A stretch of 32,000 nucleotides of DNA from Mycoplasma mycoides subsp. capri (GCF_018389705.1 NZ_CP065581.1:600001-632000); one strand, 5' to 3'. Shown: positions 21,982 through 32,000, numbered from the stretch's first letter. Program-made: numbers and translations. Notes: a model not told the origin generated them from the sequence alone.

Positions 21982-23511
21982 TTATTTTAAAATATCTGTT
22001 TCTTTTTTTTCTCTTATTACAGTTATAGTTATTTCACCAGGAATAATTACTTTATTTTTAATTTGTTCTTTCATTTTTTCTAAAATTAAAGCTAAATCTA
22101 AATCAGAAGCAACTAATGGATCAACAATTAATCTAATTTGACGACCTGATTGTAATGCATAAGTTTTAGCAACTCCAGGAATTGAATTTCCAATCTTTTC
22201 AATTTCATGCATTCTTAAAATAAATTCATCAATAGCATTATATCTAGCTCCTGGTCTTGAAGCTGAAATAGAATCAGCAATAGCAACAATAGCAGCTATT
22301 TCACTAGATTTTTCTTTATCTTCATGATGTGATTCAATAGAATTGATAATTATTGGATCTTCATTATATTTTCTAGCAATTTCAGCACCTAATACTACAT
22401 GACTTCCTTGCTTTTCAAAATCTATTGCTTTACCAATATCATGTAATAAACCAGCTCTAATTGCTTTTTCAACATCTAAACCTAGCTCAGAAGCAATAGC
22501 TCCAGATAATTTAGCAACTTCAATTGAATGAGCTAAAACATTTTGTCCATAACTAGTTCTAAACTTTAATTTACCAATTAATTTAACTAATTCGATATCA
22601 ATATCATTAATATTTAATTCTTTAATAGTATTTAATCCTGTTTCTTGAATAATATATTCTAGTTCTTGTTCTTGTTTTTTTAACTCATTTTCAATTTTAA
22701 CTGGTTGAATTCTACCATCAATAATTAATTGTTCTAATGTTCGTGTTGCTATTTCTCTTCTAATTGGATTAAATGAAGAAACTACAACAACATTTGGTGT
22801 TTCATCAACAACAATATCAACTCCACCGATTTGTTCAAAAGTTTTCATGTTTCTTCCATCTTTTCCAATAATACGACCTTTAAGATCATCTGATGGTAAT
22901 TTAACAATATTTGTTGTTCTTTGACTTGTAAGTTCTACTTTAATTCTTTCCATTGCTGAAATCAAAATATTATTAGAAATAATTTTAGCTTTGCTATGAG
23001 CTTGTAGTTCAGCATTTTTTAAAATAGAGATAAGTTCTTTTTCAGACTTATTTTTTATTTGTTTAATTAACAATTCTTTTGCCTGATATTTTGTTAAACC
23101 TGACACATCTTCTAAAAGCTTAATTAAATATTCTTCTTTTTGATCTACTAAAAATTTTCTTTTTTCTAAATCTAAAATTCCAGCATCTAATCGTTGAGAT
23201 TTAGATTCAACAATTTCTTGACTTCTTTTTAAATCATTAGCTCTTAGATCTAATTGTTCTTTAACTCTATCTAATTCGTTTTTTTCTAATTCACTTCTTT
23301 TTAAAAAAAGCATTTTAGCTTCACTAATTTCTTTATATCCATTAGCTAAAACTTGTTTTTTAGCTTGTTTAGCTTCTTTTGTATATTGTTCAATAAGATT
23401 TTTTCTTGATTTAGATTTTCAAAAATAAAGTAAAATAACACTAGAAATAACAAAGCAAATAAAAAATATACCAAGAAAAACTGAAAGTATTATAATTATG
23501 TTTTCTTCCAT
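21982..23511 (-). CDS. rny: Ribonuclease Y
   Basis: N-terminal TM MEENIIIILSVFLGIFFICFVIS..., coiled coil, KH domain GRIIGKDGRNMKTFEQIGGVDIVVDETP, HD domain GLLHDIGKAIDFE; 509 aa. Confidence 0.95.
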
Positions 23512-23613
23512 ATTATCTATTTTCTTTCTGCTTAAAAATTACATTATACTTAAACACTAATTTATTATAACATTTATAAAATAAAGAAATTTTGACAATA
23601 AATACAGAAAAGC

Positions 23614-23634
23614 AAAAAAGCGCTCTAGCGCTTT
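23614..23634 (-). terminator. Rho-independent terminator after recA
   Basis: AAAGCGC-TCTA-GCGCTTT followed on the minus strand by a T run. Confidence 0.75.
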
Positions 23635-23645
23635 AATTTTATTTT

Positions 23646-24683
23646 TTAATCTTGTTTAATTAGTTTTTTAACTTGTTCAGTTAGTTCATTTATTCTATTT
23701 TCATCAGCATTTAATCATTGAATAACACTAGTTCTACCTTGACCAATTTTTTCATTTTGATAAGAATATCAAACTCCTGATTTTTCAATAATTTCATAGC
23801 TAACTAATAAATCTACTAATTCACCAAGCTTATCAATTCCTTTATTATATAAAAGTGAAATTGTTGTAGTTTTAAAAGGAATTGCTGTTTTATTTTTAAC
23901 AACTTTGATTTTGATTTTATTTCCAATAATTTCTGAATTATTTAAAATATTTTCTGATTTTCTAACTTCTAATCTAATTGATGAAAAAAACTTTAAAGCT
24001 TTACCACCTGTTGTAGTTTCAGGATTTCCAAAAATAACTCCAATTTTTTCTCTTAATTGGTTAATAAAAATTACTGTAGTATTTGATTTTGCAATTAAAC
24101 CGTTTAATTTTCTTAATGCTTTAGACATCATTCTTGCTTGTAATCCAATTGACTGATCACTCATTTCACCATCTAATTCAGTTTTTGGCACTAAAGCAGC
24201 AACTGAATCAACAACAATTAAATCAATACTATTTGAATTAATTAACATTTCTAAAATATCTAAAGCTTGTTCTCCATTATCTGGTTGGCTAACTAGTAAT
24301 TTATTTGTATCAATTCCTAAAGTTTGACAATATTTAGGTTCTAAAGAATGTTCTGCATCAATAAAAGCAGCAATTCCACCTAGTCTTTGAACTTCACAAA
24401 TAGCATGTAAAGATAAAGTGGTTTTTCCAGATGATTCTGGTCCATAAATTTCAATAATTCTTCCTTTAGGATAACCACCAATTCCTAATGCGTTATCTAA
24501 TAAAAGTGATCCTGATGAAAATGTTTCAATATTTAAATTATCACTTTGGCCAAGAACCATAATAGAACCTTTACCAAACATTTTTTCAATTTCTTTAATA
24601 GCTTCTTTTAGCTCTTTTGAATTTCACATTTGAGATTCTCTTATATCATTATTTTCTATTGTATTTTGTAATTCTGTACTCAT
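23646..24683 (-). CDS. recA: Recombinase A
   Basis: Frame from ATG 24681-24683: [42 protein letters not shown]..., [41 protein letters not shown]; 345 aa after TGA(Trp) readthrough. Confidence 0.97.
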
Positions 24684-24725
24684 CGATCCTTTTTATCCTT
24701 TCATATTAGTATTAGGAAAAGTTTT

Positions 24726-25196
24726 TTAAAAAAGGATCATTTTTTTTAAAATTTTTATAACAAATTTAATTGCTCTTTTTTTAAAGCATCGTCTAGATCC
24801 TATAAATTTAGGTTTAAATTCATAAACTTTGATTTGATCATTAAACTTAATTCCAATATATGCTAGTCTTACAGGTTTATTTTCCATACTATTAGGACCA
24901 GCATTACCAGTAAAGCTTAATACAATATTTGTTTTTGTTAATTCATAAGTTTTTATCAACATTTCTTTTGCACACTCAAAAGAAATAACACCATTTTTTT
25001 TAATAACTTGTTTGTCTATATTTAAAATATTTTCTTTAAACATAGTTTGATAACAGACAAATGATCCATAAAAAGTCTTTGAACTGTTTTTAATATTTGT
25101 AATTAAATTACTAAATAATCCACCAGTAAATGACTCACAAGTTGAAATTGTTAAATTATTTTTAATTAATAATTTAACTAATTTTTTCAAACTCAT
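24726..25196 (-). CDS. CinA C-terminal domain protein (nicotinamide-nucleotide amidase-like), stand-alone
   Basis: MSLKKLVKLLIKNNLTISTCESFTGGLFSNLITNIKNSSKTFYGSFVCYQ...VLSFTGNAGP. Start set at 25196 because the longer track ORF would begin inside rnpB. Confidence 0.85.
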   Translation of the reverse strand: MSLKKLVKLLIKNNLTISTCESFTGGLFSNLITNIKNSSKTFYGSFVCYQTMFKENILNIDKQVIKKNGVISFECAKEMLIKTYELTKTNIVLSFTGNAGPNSMENKPVRLAYIGIKFNDQIKVYEFKPKFIGSRRCFKKRAIKFVIKILKKMILF

Positions 25197-25221
25197 AAAA
25201 TCACCACAATCTATTAAAAAA

Positions 25222-25582
25222 AATGACGAGATTTTATCTATAACCCACGTTTTGTACTTTTCAGCGTCAATCATCTATCTAGTTAATAATAACTTCTGAT
25301 TTTGATTCTTATTCTCTTAATCAGATTCCTCTACCAAAACTTGAGTTTCTTACTTATGGGGTTTACCGCGTTCCATTTCAAGATTTCTCTTTATTCGTCT
25401 CTGTGGCACTTTAATAACATCACCATAGCAAAGCCTTAGGTTAGTTAAGCCGTCAGTAATTACTTACTGCCTAAATTTATTTTTTCATTTAGCATAAACA
25501 CTACAATCATCACAGATTGTGTAAGCGTGGAGTTTCCTCTATATTCTTTTTCAAATACAGCGATTGACCAATAAAATCTCTT
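25222..25582 (-). ncRNA. rnpB: RNase P RNA
   Basis: Minus strand contains AGAGGAAACUCCACGC (5' conserved GAGGAAA-UCC block), ACAGAGACG, GGUAAACCCC, AGAUAGAUGAUU and ...ACAAAACGUGGGUUAUAG. Terminal P1 helix GAGAUUUUAU (25580-25571) pairs perfectly with AUAAAAUCUC (25237-25228). Ends approximate. Confidence 0.92.
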
Positions 25583-25633
25583 ATTAATTTTACAACATAA
25601 ATAAAATAAAAGATTAGATAAACAATCTTAGTT

Positions 25634-26887
25634 TACTTATTAAAATTTTTTAAAAATTGTTTTTTAATTATTAAAGTTAGGAAGTTTTTTATTATCATTA
25701 TTTATTTTAGATCTAGAAGCAAAATCATCAAAAACAACATTTTTGTTAACTTTTCATTTACTTAAATCTTGATCAAAACTAGATGCTTCAAAAAACATTT
25801 TACTCATATTAGTTACATTTAGAACATTTCAATTTGAAATATTTTGATTAAATGAAGTTGCTCTAAAAAACATATTACTCATATCAGTTACATTAGACAC
25901 ATCTCAATTTGAAATGTCTTGATTAAACATACTAGCACCTAAAAACATCGATCTCATATTAGTTACATTTTTAGTATTTCATACTAGTTTTTGATTATTA
26001 TTATTAAAGTTTTTAGCATCAACAAACATTGAATCCATATTAATAGCATTATCAGTTTTTCAATTACTTAGATTCTGATTAAATTGTTCAGCTTCATTAA
26101 ACATTGAATTAAATTTAGTTACATTAGAAGTATTTCAATTTGATATATCTTGATTAAAGTTTTTAGCACTTTCAAACATTTCACTCATATTTTTAATATT
26201 ATCTGTTTTTCAATTTTCTATACCTTTAATTTTTGAATTTATATTTTGTTGAAATGCTAATTTTAAAGAAGTGATTTCTTTAGGTAAATGATCTGGTACT
26301 TGATTTGTTTCAGGTTTAATTTTTTCTATTTGAATTTCAAAATCTCTAGTTAAAAAATATCCAATTTTTACTAACTGATTTTTGTTATAAACTGGATTAA
26401 TTCCATAACCTCAAAACTTAGATAAATCTTCTTTTGTATTTTCAATATTTTGTTTTAGTTGATAATTTATTTTTTCTTGATTTAAAATTTGATTTTCTTT
26501 AATTTGAATGTCATTTAAAAGTACTTTGACTTGTTGATTATTTTTAAATTTATTTAATTTAATTTTTATTTTAAAGTATTGATTTTTAGTAGGTAAGTTT
26601 ATTTTACTTGCTTTATATCTATAACCATTAGCTTTATCATATAACCTAGTAAAAGGTTCAAACTTATAGCTTATTTTTTCTATATTTTTTAATTCTTGTA
26701 GTTGAGATTCTAAACTATTATTTTCTTTTTGTAAATTAGTAATTTTTAAATCAACTTCATTTAGTTCATCTTTAATTTTTGTACTTAACATTTCTAGAGT
26801 TTGTGTATCAAGTTGATAACAAGAAACAACTAAACTAGTTAAACTAATTACTAATAGTGAATTTAAAAATATTAATATTTTTTTCAT
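25634..26887 (-). CDS. Lipoprotein with DUF285 (BspA-like / 26-residue) repeats
   Basis: 417 aa; signal peptide with SLTSLVVSC lipobox, coiled coil, then repeated units such as MFxxAxxFNQDISNWNTSNVTNM; TAA 25634-25636. Confidence 0.85.
25745..26275 (-). repeat. Array of about 25-aa DUF285 repeats inside the lipoprotein
   Basis: Units: NWKTDNIKNMSEMFESAKNFNQDIS / NWNTSNVTKFNSMFNEAEQFNQNLS / SWKTDNAINMDSMFVDAKNFN... / NVTNMRSMFLGASMFNQDIS / NWDVSNVTDMSNMFFRATSFNQNIS / NWNVLNVTNMSKMFFEASSFDQDLS. Boundaries approximate. Confidence 0.85.
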
Positions 26888-26940
26888 ACAAATTAATTCT
26901 CAATACTATTTTAAAAGATAAATCTCATTATAGAAAATAA

Positions 26941-26968
26941 AAAGTTCAAATAAATTTATTTGAACTTT
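26941..26968 (-). terminator. 28-bp perfect palindrome downstream of the second DUF285 lipoprotein gene; likely AT-rich terminator
   Basis: AAAGTTCAAATAAATTTATTTGAACTTT, continued by TTTATTTTC on the minus strand after the stem. Confidence 0.65.
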
Positions 26969-26984
26969 AATAAAAATTATATTT

Positions 26985-28439
26985 TTATTTCATTTTAGGT
27001 TTAGCTACTGATGGAGTTGATGGAGTTGTAGATGAAGTTGTAGATGAATCTTTAAATTTAGGAAGTTTATCCATTTGTTTTTCTATTTTTGAACCAGTTG
27101 CAAAATTATTGTGTTTTACTTTTTCATTAACTTTTCATTCACTTAAATTTTGATCAAAACTAGAGGCTTTATTAAACATAAAGTTCATATTAGTTACATT
27201 AGAAACATCTCATTTTGATATATTAGAATTAAATTTTTCAGCTTCTGAAAACATATTACTCATATCAACTACTTTTTTAGTATCTCATTTAGAAATATCT
27301 TGACTAAAATTTTTAGCTCTTCTAAACATTGAAGCCATTGTTTTTACATTAGTAGTATTTCAAGATGAAATATTTCCATTAAATGCTTTAGCATCAGAAA
27401 ACATTTGTTTCATAGATTCAACATGAGAAGTATCTCATTTATCTAAATTAGAATTAAATTTTTCTGCTCCATCAAACATTTGTTCCATATTATAAACATG
27501 AGAAGTTTGTCATGAACTTAGATCTTGATTAAATTCTTTTGCTCTAGCAAACATTTTTCTAGCAAATGCTAAATTATATGGTTTTCATTTTCCTAAATTT
27601 TGATTAAATTTAGCATTATCAGCAAACATTGAATTAGCATCTCTTAAAATTTTTACATCTCAATTTGAAATATCTTGATTAAAGTTTTTAGCACCATCAA
27701 ATAAGAAACTCATTTGACAAACTCTAGAAACATCTCATTTTTCAATACCATCAACATTTGCAGACGTGATTTGATTAAATACTTTACTTAAACTATTAAC
27801 TTCTCTTGGTAAAAGTGCACTTATTTTAGAAATATTTGTTGGCATTTCAAATGCTTGTACGTAATGAATATTTTTATTAAATGGTTTTAGATAATTTTCA
27901 CCTTCATCATCATAATAACCCATTTGAATAACTTCAACAATGTCACTTATTTCTTGTTTGTTTCTTTTTTTAACTGGATCTTTTCAAACCATTTTTTCTC
28001 ATTCGTCTTTATTTTTTTCAACAATCTTTCCTTCTTTTGTTTTATATTTTATTGATTGTTGACCATATTTAACAGATCCAACTTCTAATTCAATAACATC
28101 TTTATTTACTAAAACTTTAACTTTTTGATTTAATTTATTATTTTCATCTTTAGTTAATTTTGAAACAGTATTTTCATACAAACTACCATTTAAATCAATA
28201 GTATCACTAATTTTTTTTGGTAATTTTTCTTTAAGCATTTCAACAATTAAACTAGTATTTTTAGCACTATCTAATTTGTTTTTAAACTCTTTATTTCACA
28301 AATCTATAACAGCTTGTTTGTTATTGATAATAACTTCTGATTTAACTGGATTATTATTTGTATTATTACATGCTACTACTAAAAAACCAGTAGTACTAAT
28401 CATTGCTAATGAGCTAAATAATGTTAATATTTTTTTCAT
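26985..28439 (-). CDS. Lipoprotein with DUF285 repeats (paralog of 25634..26887 in its C-terminal half)
   Basis: 484 aa; MKKILTLFSSLAMISTTGFLVVACNNTNNNPVK..., repeats KWDVSRVCQMSFLFDGAKNFNQDIS... to ...NVTNMNFMFNKASSFDQNLSEWKVNEKV, low-complexity tail SSTTSSTTPSTPSVAKPKMK*. Confidence 0.88.
27075..27760 (-). repeat. Array of about 25-aa DUF285 repeats
   Basis: Units such as SWQTSHVYNMEQMFDGAEKFNSNLD / KWDTSHVESMKQMFSDAKAFNGNIS / SWNTTNVKTMASMFRRAKNFSQDIS / KWDTKKVVDMSNMFSEAEKFNSNIS. Boundaries approximate. Confidence 0.85.
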
Positions 28440-28574
28440 CTTTATAGCCTTTTATAAATTATTTTTCTTATTACTAAATATTTAAATATTGTATTAAGTT
28501 GACCTTTAATACCACTTTTATTATAGTAAATTAATAATTTTGAGATAAAAATCTAACAAAACTAAAAAATAAAT

Positions 28575-28611
28575 AAAAAAAGATAGAAATTTTGGTTGAT
28601 CATTTCTATCT
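28575..28611 (-). terminator. Terminator overlapping the end of the [10 protein letters not shown] gene
   Basis: Minus strand AGATAGAAAT-GATCAACCAAA-ATTTCTATCT followed by TTTTTATTTATTT. Confidence 0.65.
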
Positions 28612-28983
28612 TGATTTACTTATTAATAATTTATAAATTTCATCAATTTTATTTAGTTTTTCTTCATACTCAACTAAATTTTTTTCAATTCTAGTTATTC
28701 TTTTAATAACATCAACATCATTTAAGTTATCTTTTACTAGTTTTCAATTCTTTTTAACATATTGATCTAGTTCAGTTTCAGTTTTTTGTTTATCAGTAAT
28801 TAGTTTTGAAATCTTTTGATTGGCCTGTTCTAGTTGATCATTTAAATTAGAAATTTGATTTTCTAAACAAACATAATCTTTAATAATCTCATCTAAAAAA
28901 TCATTTACTTCTTCAATTTTATATCCTTTATAAACTATATTAAATTTCTTATTTTGGATCTGATTAACTGACAACTTTTTCAT
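28606..28983 (-). CDS. DivIVA/GpsB-family-like coiled-coil protein
   Basis: MKKLSVNQIQNKKFNIVYKGYKIEEVNDFLDEIIKDYVCLENQISNLNDQLEQANQ...; classic DivIVA N-terminal YkxxEVDxFLDxI pattern; 125 aa through TGA(Trp). Confidence 0.75.
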
Positions 28984-29046
28984 ATAATAACTCCTTTTTG
29001 ATAATTATTATAACATCTTTTTCTAATACTATAATAAGGAGGAAAT

Positions 29047-29556
29047 ATGTATCCATTAAAAAATAAAGGACAATATTTAGAAACAATTTTAAATATTACA
29101 AATCAAAAATATTTAGATGAAAATATTTGTATTGTAACTAAAATTCCAACAAATATTAATTTAATTAAAATCAATAACAAAATTATTACAAACGCTACTT
29201 TTAAAGATAATTTTAATTGTGATTATATTGGTATTTATAATGGTTTATACTTTGAATTTGATGCTAAAGAAACATCAAAAGATGAATTTAACTTTAATGC
29301 TATTAGAAAAAATCAACAACAAAAATTAGATCTAGTTACTAAACATAAAGGTTTAGCTTTTATTATTTTATATTTTTCAAAATATGATGATTTTTATTTA
29401 ATTTCATATGAACAAATAAAACAATATGTTAGTAAAAATAAAAAAACAATTCCAAGAGATTGAATTGTTTTAAATTGTAAAGAATTATTTTTAACAAACA
29501 AATTAAAACTAGACTATATTAAACATTTTGATCATCTAATCAATCAAATTGCTTAA
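29047..29556 (+). CDS. recU: Holliday junction resolvase RecU
   Basis: NKGQYLETILNITNQKY..., CDYIGIYNGLYFEFDAKETSKDEFNFNAIRKNQQQKLDLVTKHKGLAFIIL; upstream AAGGAGG; extended past TGA(Trp) to TAA 29554-29556; 169 aa. Confidence 0.9.
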
Positions 29557-30067
29557 ATTTATTTGTTGATTTTAAAAATATTTCCACTTCTTTTAATAAC
29601 TCTTCAAAACTAAAAAGCTTTTTATTAATACTTAGTTGTAAAACTTGTTCTTTTTTAATACTAGTTTTTAATAAATCTAAAAGTTTTAATTTTTGATTTT
29701 CTGTTAAACTAAATAATAAGTTTTTTTCAAGATCATTAAAAAAAGTAATATTTTGTTCTATTAAAAAAGAATCATTAACAAGTAAACCTATTTTTTGAAA
29801 CAAATTAGAAAAATCAATAAAATCTGACTTAATTTCAATTAAATCTTTTTCTGCTAATAACTCTAATTCTTTTTCAATTTCAACACTAGATAAATTTAAA
29901 TAATTAGCTAATAAATTAGGAGTTGTCATTTTTCTAGTTTGATCATTTAAATACATAATCATTAAAATAATTAAAGCTTGATTATCAGTCAAATTTAGTT
30001 TTTTATAATATTCTAATAATAGCTTTTTTTTAGAAATGATTCCTTTTTCTAACATTTTTAAAATCAT
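29540..30067 (-). CDS. DnaD-like replication/primosome protein (N-terminal wHTH domain)
   Basis: MILKMLEKGIISKKKLLLEYYKKLNLTDNQALIILMIMYL...TTPNLLANYLNLSSVEIEKELELLAEKDLIEI; ATG at 30065-30067 behind AAGG; adjacent to recU. Confidence 0.65.
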   Translation of the reverse strand: MILKMLEKGIISKKKLLLEYYKKLNLTDNQALIILMIMYLNDQTRKMTTPNLLANYLNLSSVEIEKELELLAEKDLIEIKSDFIDFSNLFQKIGLLVNDSFLIEQNITFFNDLEKNLLFSLTENQKLKLLDLLKTSIKKEQVLQLSINKKLFSFEELLKEVEIFLKSTNKFKQFD

Positions 30068-30089
30068 AAAATTCCTTTTAAGTGCTAAT

Positions 30090-30115
30090 AAAAAGGTTGT
30101 CAAGCAACCTTTTTT
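30090..30115 (-). terminator. Rho-independent terminator after hup
   Basis: AAAAAGGTTG-TCAAG-CAACCTTTTT. Confidence 0.75.
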
Positions 30116-30121
30116 AAATTA

Positions 30122-30394
30122 TTACATTAATGATTCTTTAAGTTGTTTTGCTGGTTTAAATCTTGCTGATCTAGAAGCTGGAATAACTATTTTTTCACCA
30201 GTTGATGGGTTAACTCCTTCTCTAGATGCTCTTTCAGAAATAACAAATTTTCCAAATCCGGCAACTGATACTTCTTTTCCATCAATTAAATGTTTTGAAA
30301 TTGTTTGAAAGATTCTATTAACAACTTTTTCTGCATCAACTTTAGAAATATTTTCATTAATAATGATTTCTTCGATTAATTCTTTTTTAGTCAT
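30122..30394 (-). CDS. hup: HU family DNA-binding protein
   Basis: 90 aa; MTKKELIEEIIINENISKVDAEKVV...GKEVSVAGFGKFVISERASREGVNPSTGEKIVIPASRSARFKPAKQLKESL. Confidence 0.96.
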   Translation of the reverse strand: MTKKELIEEIIINENISKVDAEKVVNRIFQTISKHLIDGKEVSVAGFGKFVISERASREGVNPSTGEKIVIPASRSARFKPAKQLKESLM

Positions 30395-30434
30395 ATTAAA
30401 TTATTTCTCTTTTCTACTTTTCAACTTAAACCAG

Positions 30435-31415
30435 TCAAACACCTTTAAATGAATGGTTTAAAAGCGCTATTGGTCTAATGTTATTATATAAAATTTTATA
30501 TAGTGTGTTAATAAATTCATTGCTAATTTCATATTTAATACATAGTAAATAAGCAATTTTTACTACTTTAATTTTATTAATTGTTAGATTATTTTTAACT
30601 AGTGCTTTATTAACATCATTAAGTTTTACAATATCAACACCTAACTTAAAATAAACTGAATCATTAGATAAAATATTTTCTATTAAATTAGCTAAAGTGG
30701 CAAAATTTAAAAATGATTCTAATTTAGCATTATAATTTTTAGCAATTTGATAAATGAAATTAATTATGATTGTAATTAAACTAGCTTTAGCATTATTTCC
30801 AGCATTAAGCTCATTTAAAATACCTAATGAAATATTAATTAAATCTTTAAAATAAACTACTAATTCACATGTAATTAGATCTAATGAAGGATAACTAAAA
30901 AAATATTCATTTGAAAAAATATCTACTAATTGATTGGCTAAGTTTAAATTAGGTGAAACTATCATAGCTGTTGATGGTTTTTTTAAAATAATTTCACTGG
31001 CATTACTAGGTCCATACAAGCTGACATATTCTTTTAATAAATCAGTATTTATAAATTGCTTAATAATAAAATTTGATAATAAGTCTAAATTATTTTCATC
31101 AAATCCATTAACAGTATTTATTAAAATCACAGGTTTTTTTAAATACTTTTTAATTTGATTAATAATTGATTCAACTTGATCATTTAAACAAGCTAAAATT
31201 AAAATTTCAGCATTTTCTAAACTAGCAATTAAATCAGTTGTAGCAATGATTTTATTATTAATTTTTAATTGATTAAAAGTATGATTTAAATTAATATTAT
31301 TAACTATTAATTCATTTTCTGAATAAATGATTATATTATGATGATTATCAGCTAAAACATTACTTAATAAAACACCATAAAAACTAGACCCAATAATAGT
31401 GATATTTTTTTTCAT
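30435..31415 (-). CDS. gpsA: NAD(P)-dependent glycerol-3-phosphate dehydrogenase
   Basis: 326 aa; MKKNITIIGSSFYGVLLSNVLADN..., VNTVNGF, LYGPSNASEI, position next to der and hup. Confidence 0.88.
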   Translation of the reverse strand: MKKNITIIGSSFYGVLLSNVLADNHHNIIIYSENELIVNNINLNHTFNQLKINNKIIATTDLIASLENAEILILACLNDQVESIINQIKKYLKKPVILINTVNGFDENNLDLLSNFIIKQFINTDLLKEYVSLYGPSNASEIILKKPSTAMIVSPNLNLANQLVDIFSNEYFFSYPSLDLITCELVVYFKDLINISLGILNELNAGNNAKASLITIIINFIYQIAKNYNAKLESFLNFATLANLIENILSNDSVYFKLGVDIVKLNDVNKALVKNNLTINKIKVVKIAYLLCIKYEISNEFINTLYKILYNNIRPIALLNHSFKGV

Positions 31416-31416
31416 A

Positions 31417-32000
31417 TTATTTTTTCTCTCTAAAAATTAAATTAATTGGAATACTATCAAGAGCAAAACTAAATCTAATTTGATTTTCTAAAAATCTTTT
31501 ATATGAAAAGTGTAAATAATTTGGATTATTACAAAATAAAACAAATGTTGGAATATAAGCTTCAACTTGACTAGCATAATAAATTTTTAATCTATTTCCA
31601 TTAAATTCAGGAGCTGGATTAATTAATTGAGCTTTATTTAATACTTCATTTAAAACATAAGTTTTAATTTTAATATCTAAATTTTGTTTAATTTCATCAA
31701 CTAGATCTAAAATTTTAGTAATTCTAGTTTTATCAAGTGCTGAAATAAAAATAATTTTTGCATAAGAAATATATTTAAAATATGCTCTAATTTTTTCTTC
31801 TTTTTTTAAAATTTCAGTTTCTTTATTTTTAATTAAATCTCATTTATTTACAACAATAATTACAGGTTTTTTTTCATCATAAATTAATCCACCAATATTA
31901 GTATCTTGATCTGTTATTGGTTTTGTTGCATCAATCATTAATAAAACAATATCAGCATTACTAATAGCTGATAATGATCTTAAATAACTATATTTTTCAA
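31417..32000 (-). CDS. der: Der/EngA GTPase, partial (C-terminal part; N-terminus beyond window)
   Basis: ...LRSLSAISNADIVLLMIDATKPITDQDTNIGGLIYDEKKPVIIVVNKWDLI..., C-terminal KH-like domain NRLKIYYASQVEAYIPTFVLFCNNPNYLHFSYKRFLENQIRFSFALDSIPINLIFREKK*. Confidence 0.92.

Noticed and set aside
23905-24156. Plus-strand ORF of 83 aa
   Set aside because: Antisense to recA core.
25197-25274. N-terminal extension MIDAEKYKTWVIDKISSFFLIDCGDF of the CinA-domain ORF
   Set aside because: Overlaps the 3' end and P1 helix of RNase P RNA; CinA homology begins after MSLKKL.
25745-27760. Regular direct repeats that might look like a CRISPR array
   Set aside because: Repeats are in-frame, about 75 nt, degenerate and encode DUF285 units; no short spacers and no cas genes nearby.
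28276-28485. Plus-strand hydrophobic ORF
   Set aside because: Reverse complement of the lipoprotein signal peptide region; hydrophobicity is a mirror artefact.
28984-29046. Possible regulatory RNA between the divergent [10 protein letters not shown] and recU genes
   Set aside because: Only 63 bp, explained by TATAAT-like boxes and strong RBSs on both sides; no stable structure evident.
30036-30308. Plus-strand ORF of 90 aa
   Set aside because: Antisense to hup and its terminator.
30934-31158. Plus-strand ORF of 74 aa
   Set aside because: Antisense to gpsA.

Overview
AT-rich Mollicutes chromosomal window, most like the Mycoplasma mycoides/capricolum group (inference). UGA is read as Trp: many genes appear in the supplied standard-code ORF track as fragments that join in one frame across TGA. 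I merged them by hand (translation table 4). Nearly everything is on the minus strand. Contents, left to right: tandem paralogous lipoproteins; dNK-type kinase, mtnN, nadD-HD fusion, small membrane protein, nadE, obg; two coupled hypotheticals; tRNA-Arg(UCU); a 535-aa unknown; two tandem ABC exporter half-transporters; a short SSB paralog; a plus-strand two-gene unit (YeeE/YedE-TsuA-like sulfur transporter, then a degenerate CoADR-like flavoprotein fused to rhodanese); rnhB, rbgA, rplS, trmD, rimM, rpsP, rlmH, ffh, rny, recA, cinA C-domain; RNase P RNA; two DUF285-repeat lipoproteins; DivIVA/GpsB-like; recU (plus strand); DnaD-like; hup; gpsA; and der (partial). The most interesting candidate is the isolated plus-strand sulfur unit at 13441-16445. 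Its oxidoreductase keeps the first FAD motif and an intact rhodanese active-site loop, but appears to have lost the CoADR catalytic Cys region and the canonical NAD(P)H-binding glycine motif. Secondary observations are an out-of-frame A8 tract in a lipoprotein gene, a possible 1-nt frameshift at the end of a DUF285 lipoprotein, and a tail-less SSB paralog. No CRISPR array, transposase, prophage or convincing new defence system was seen.
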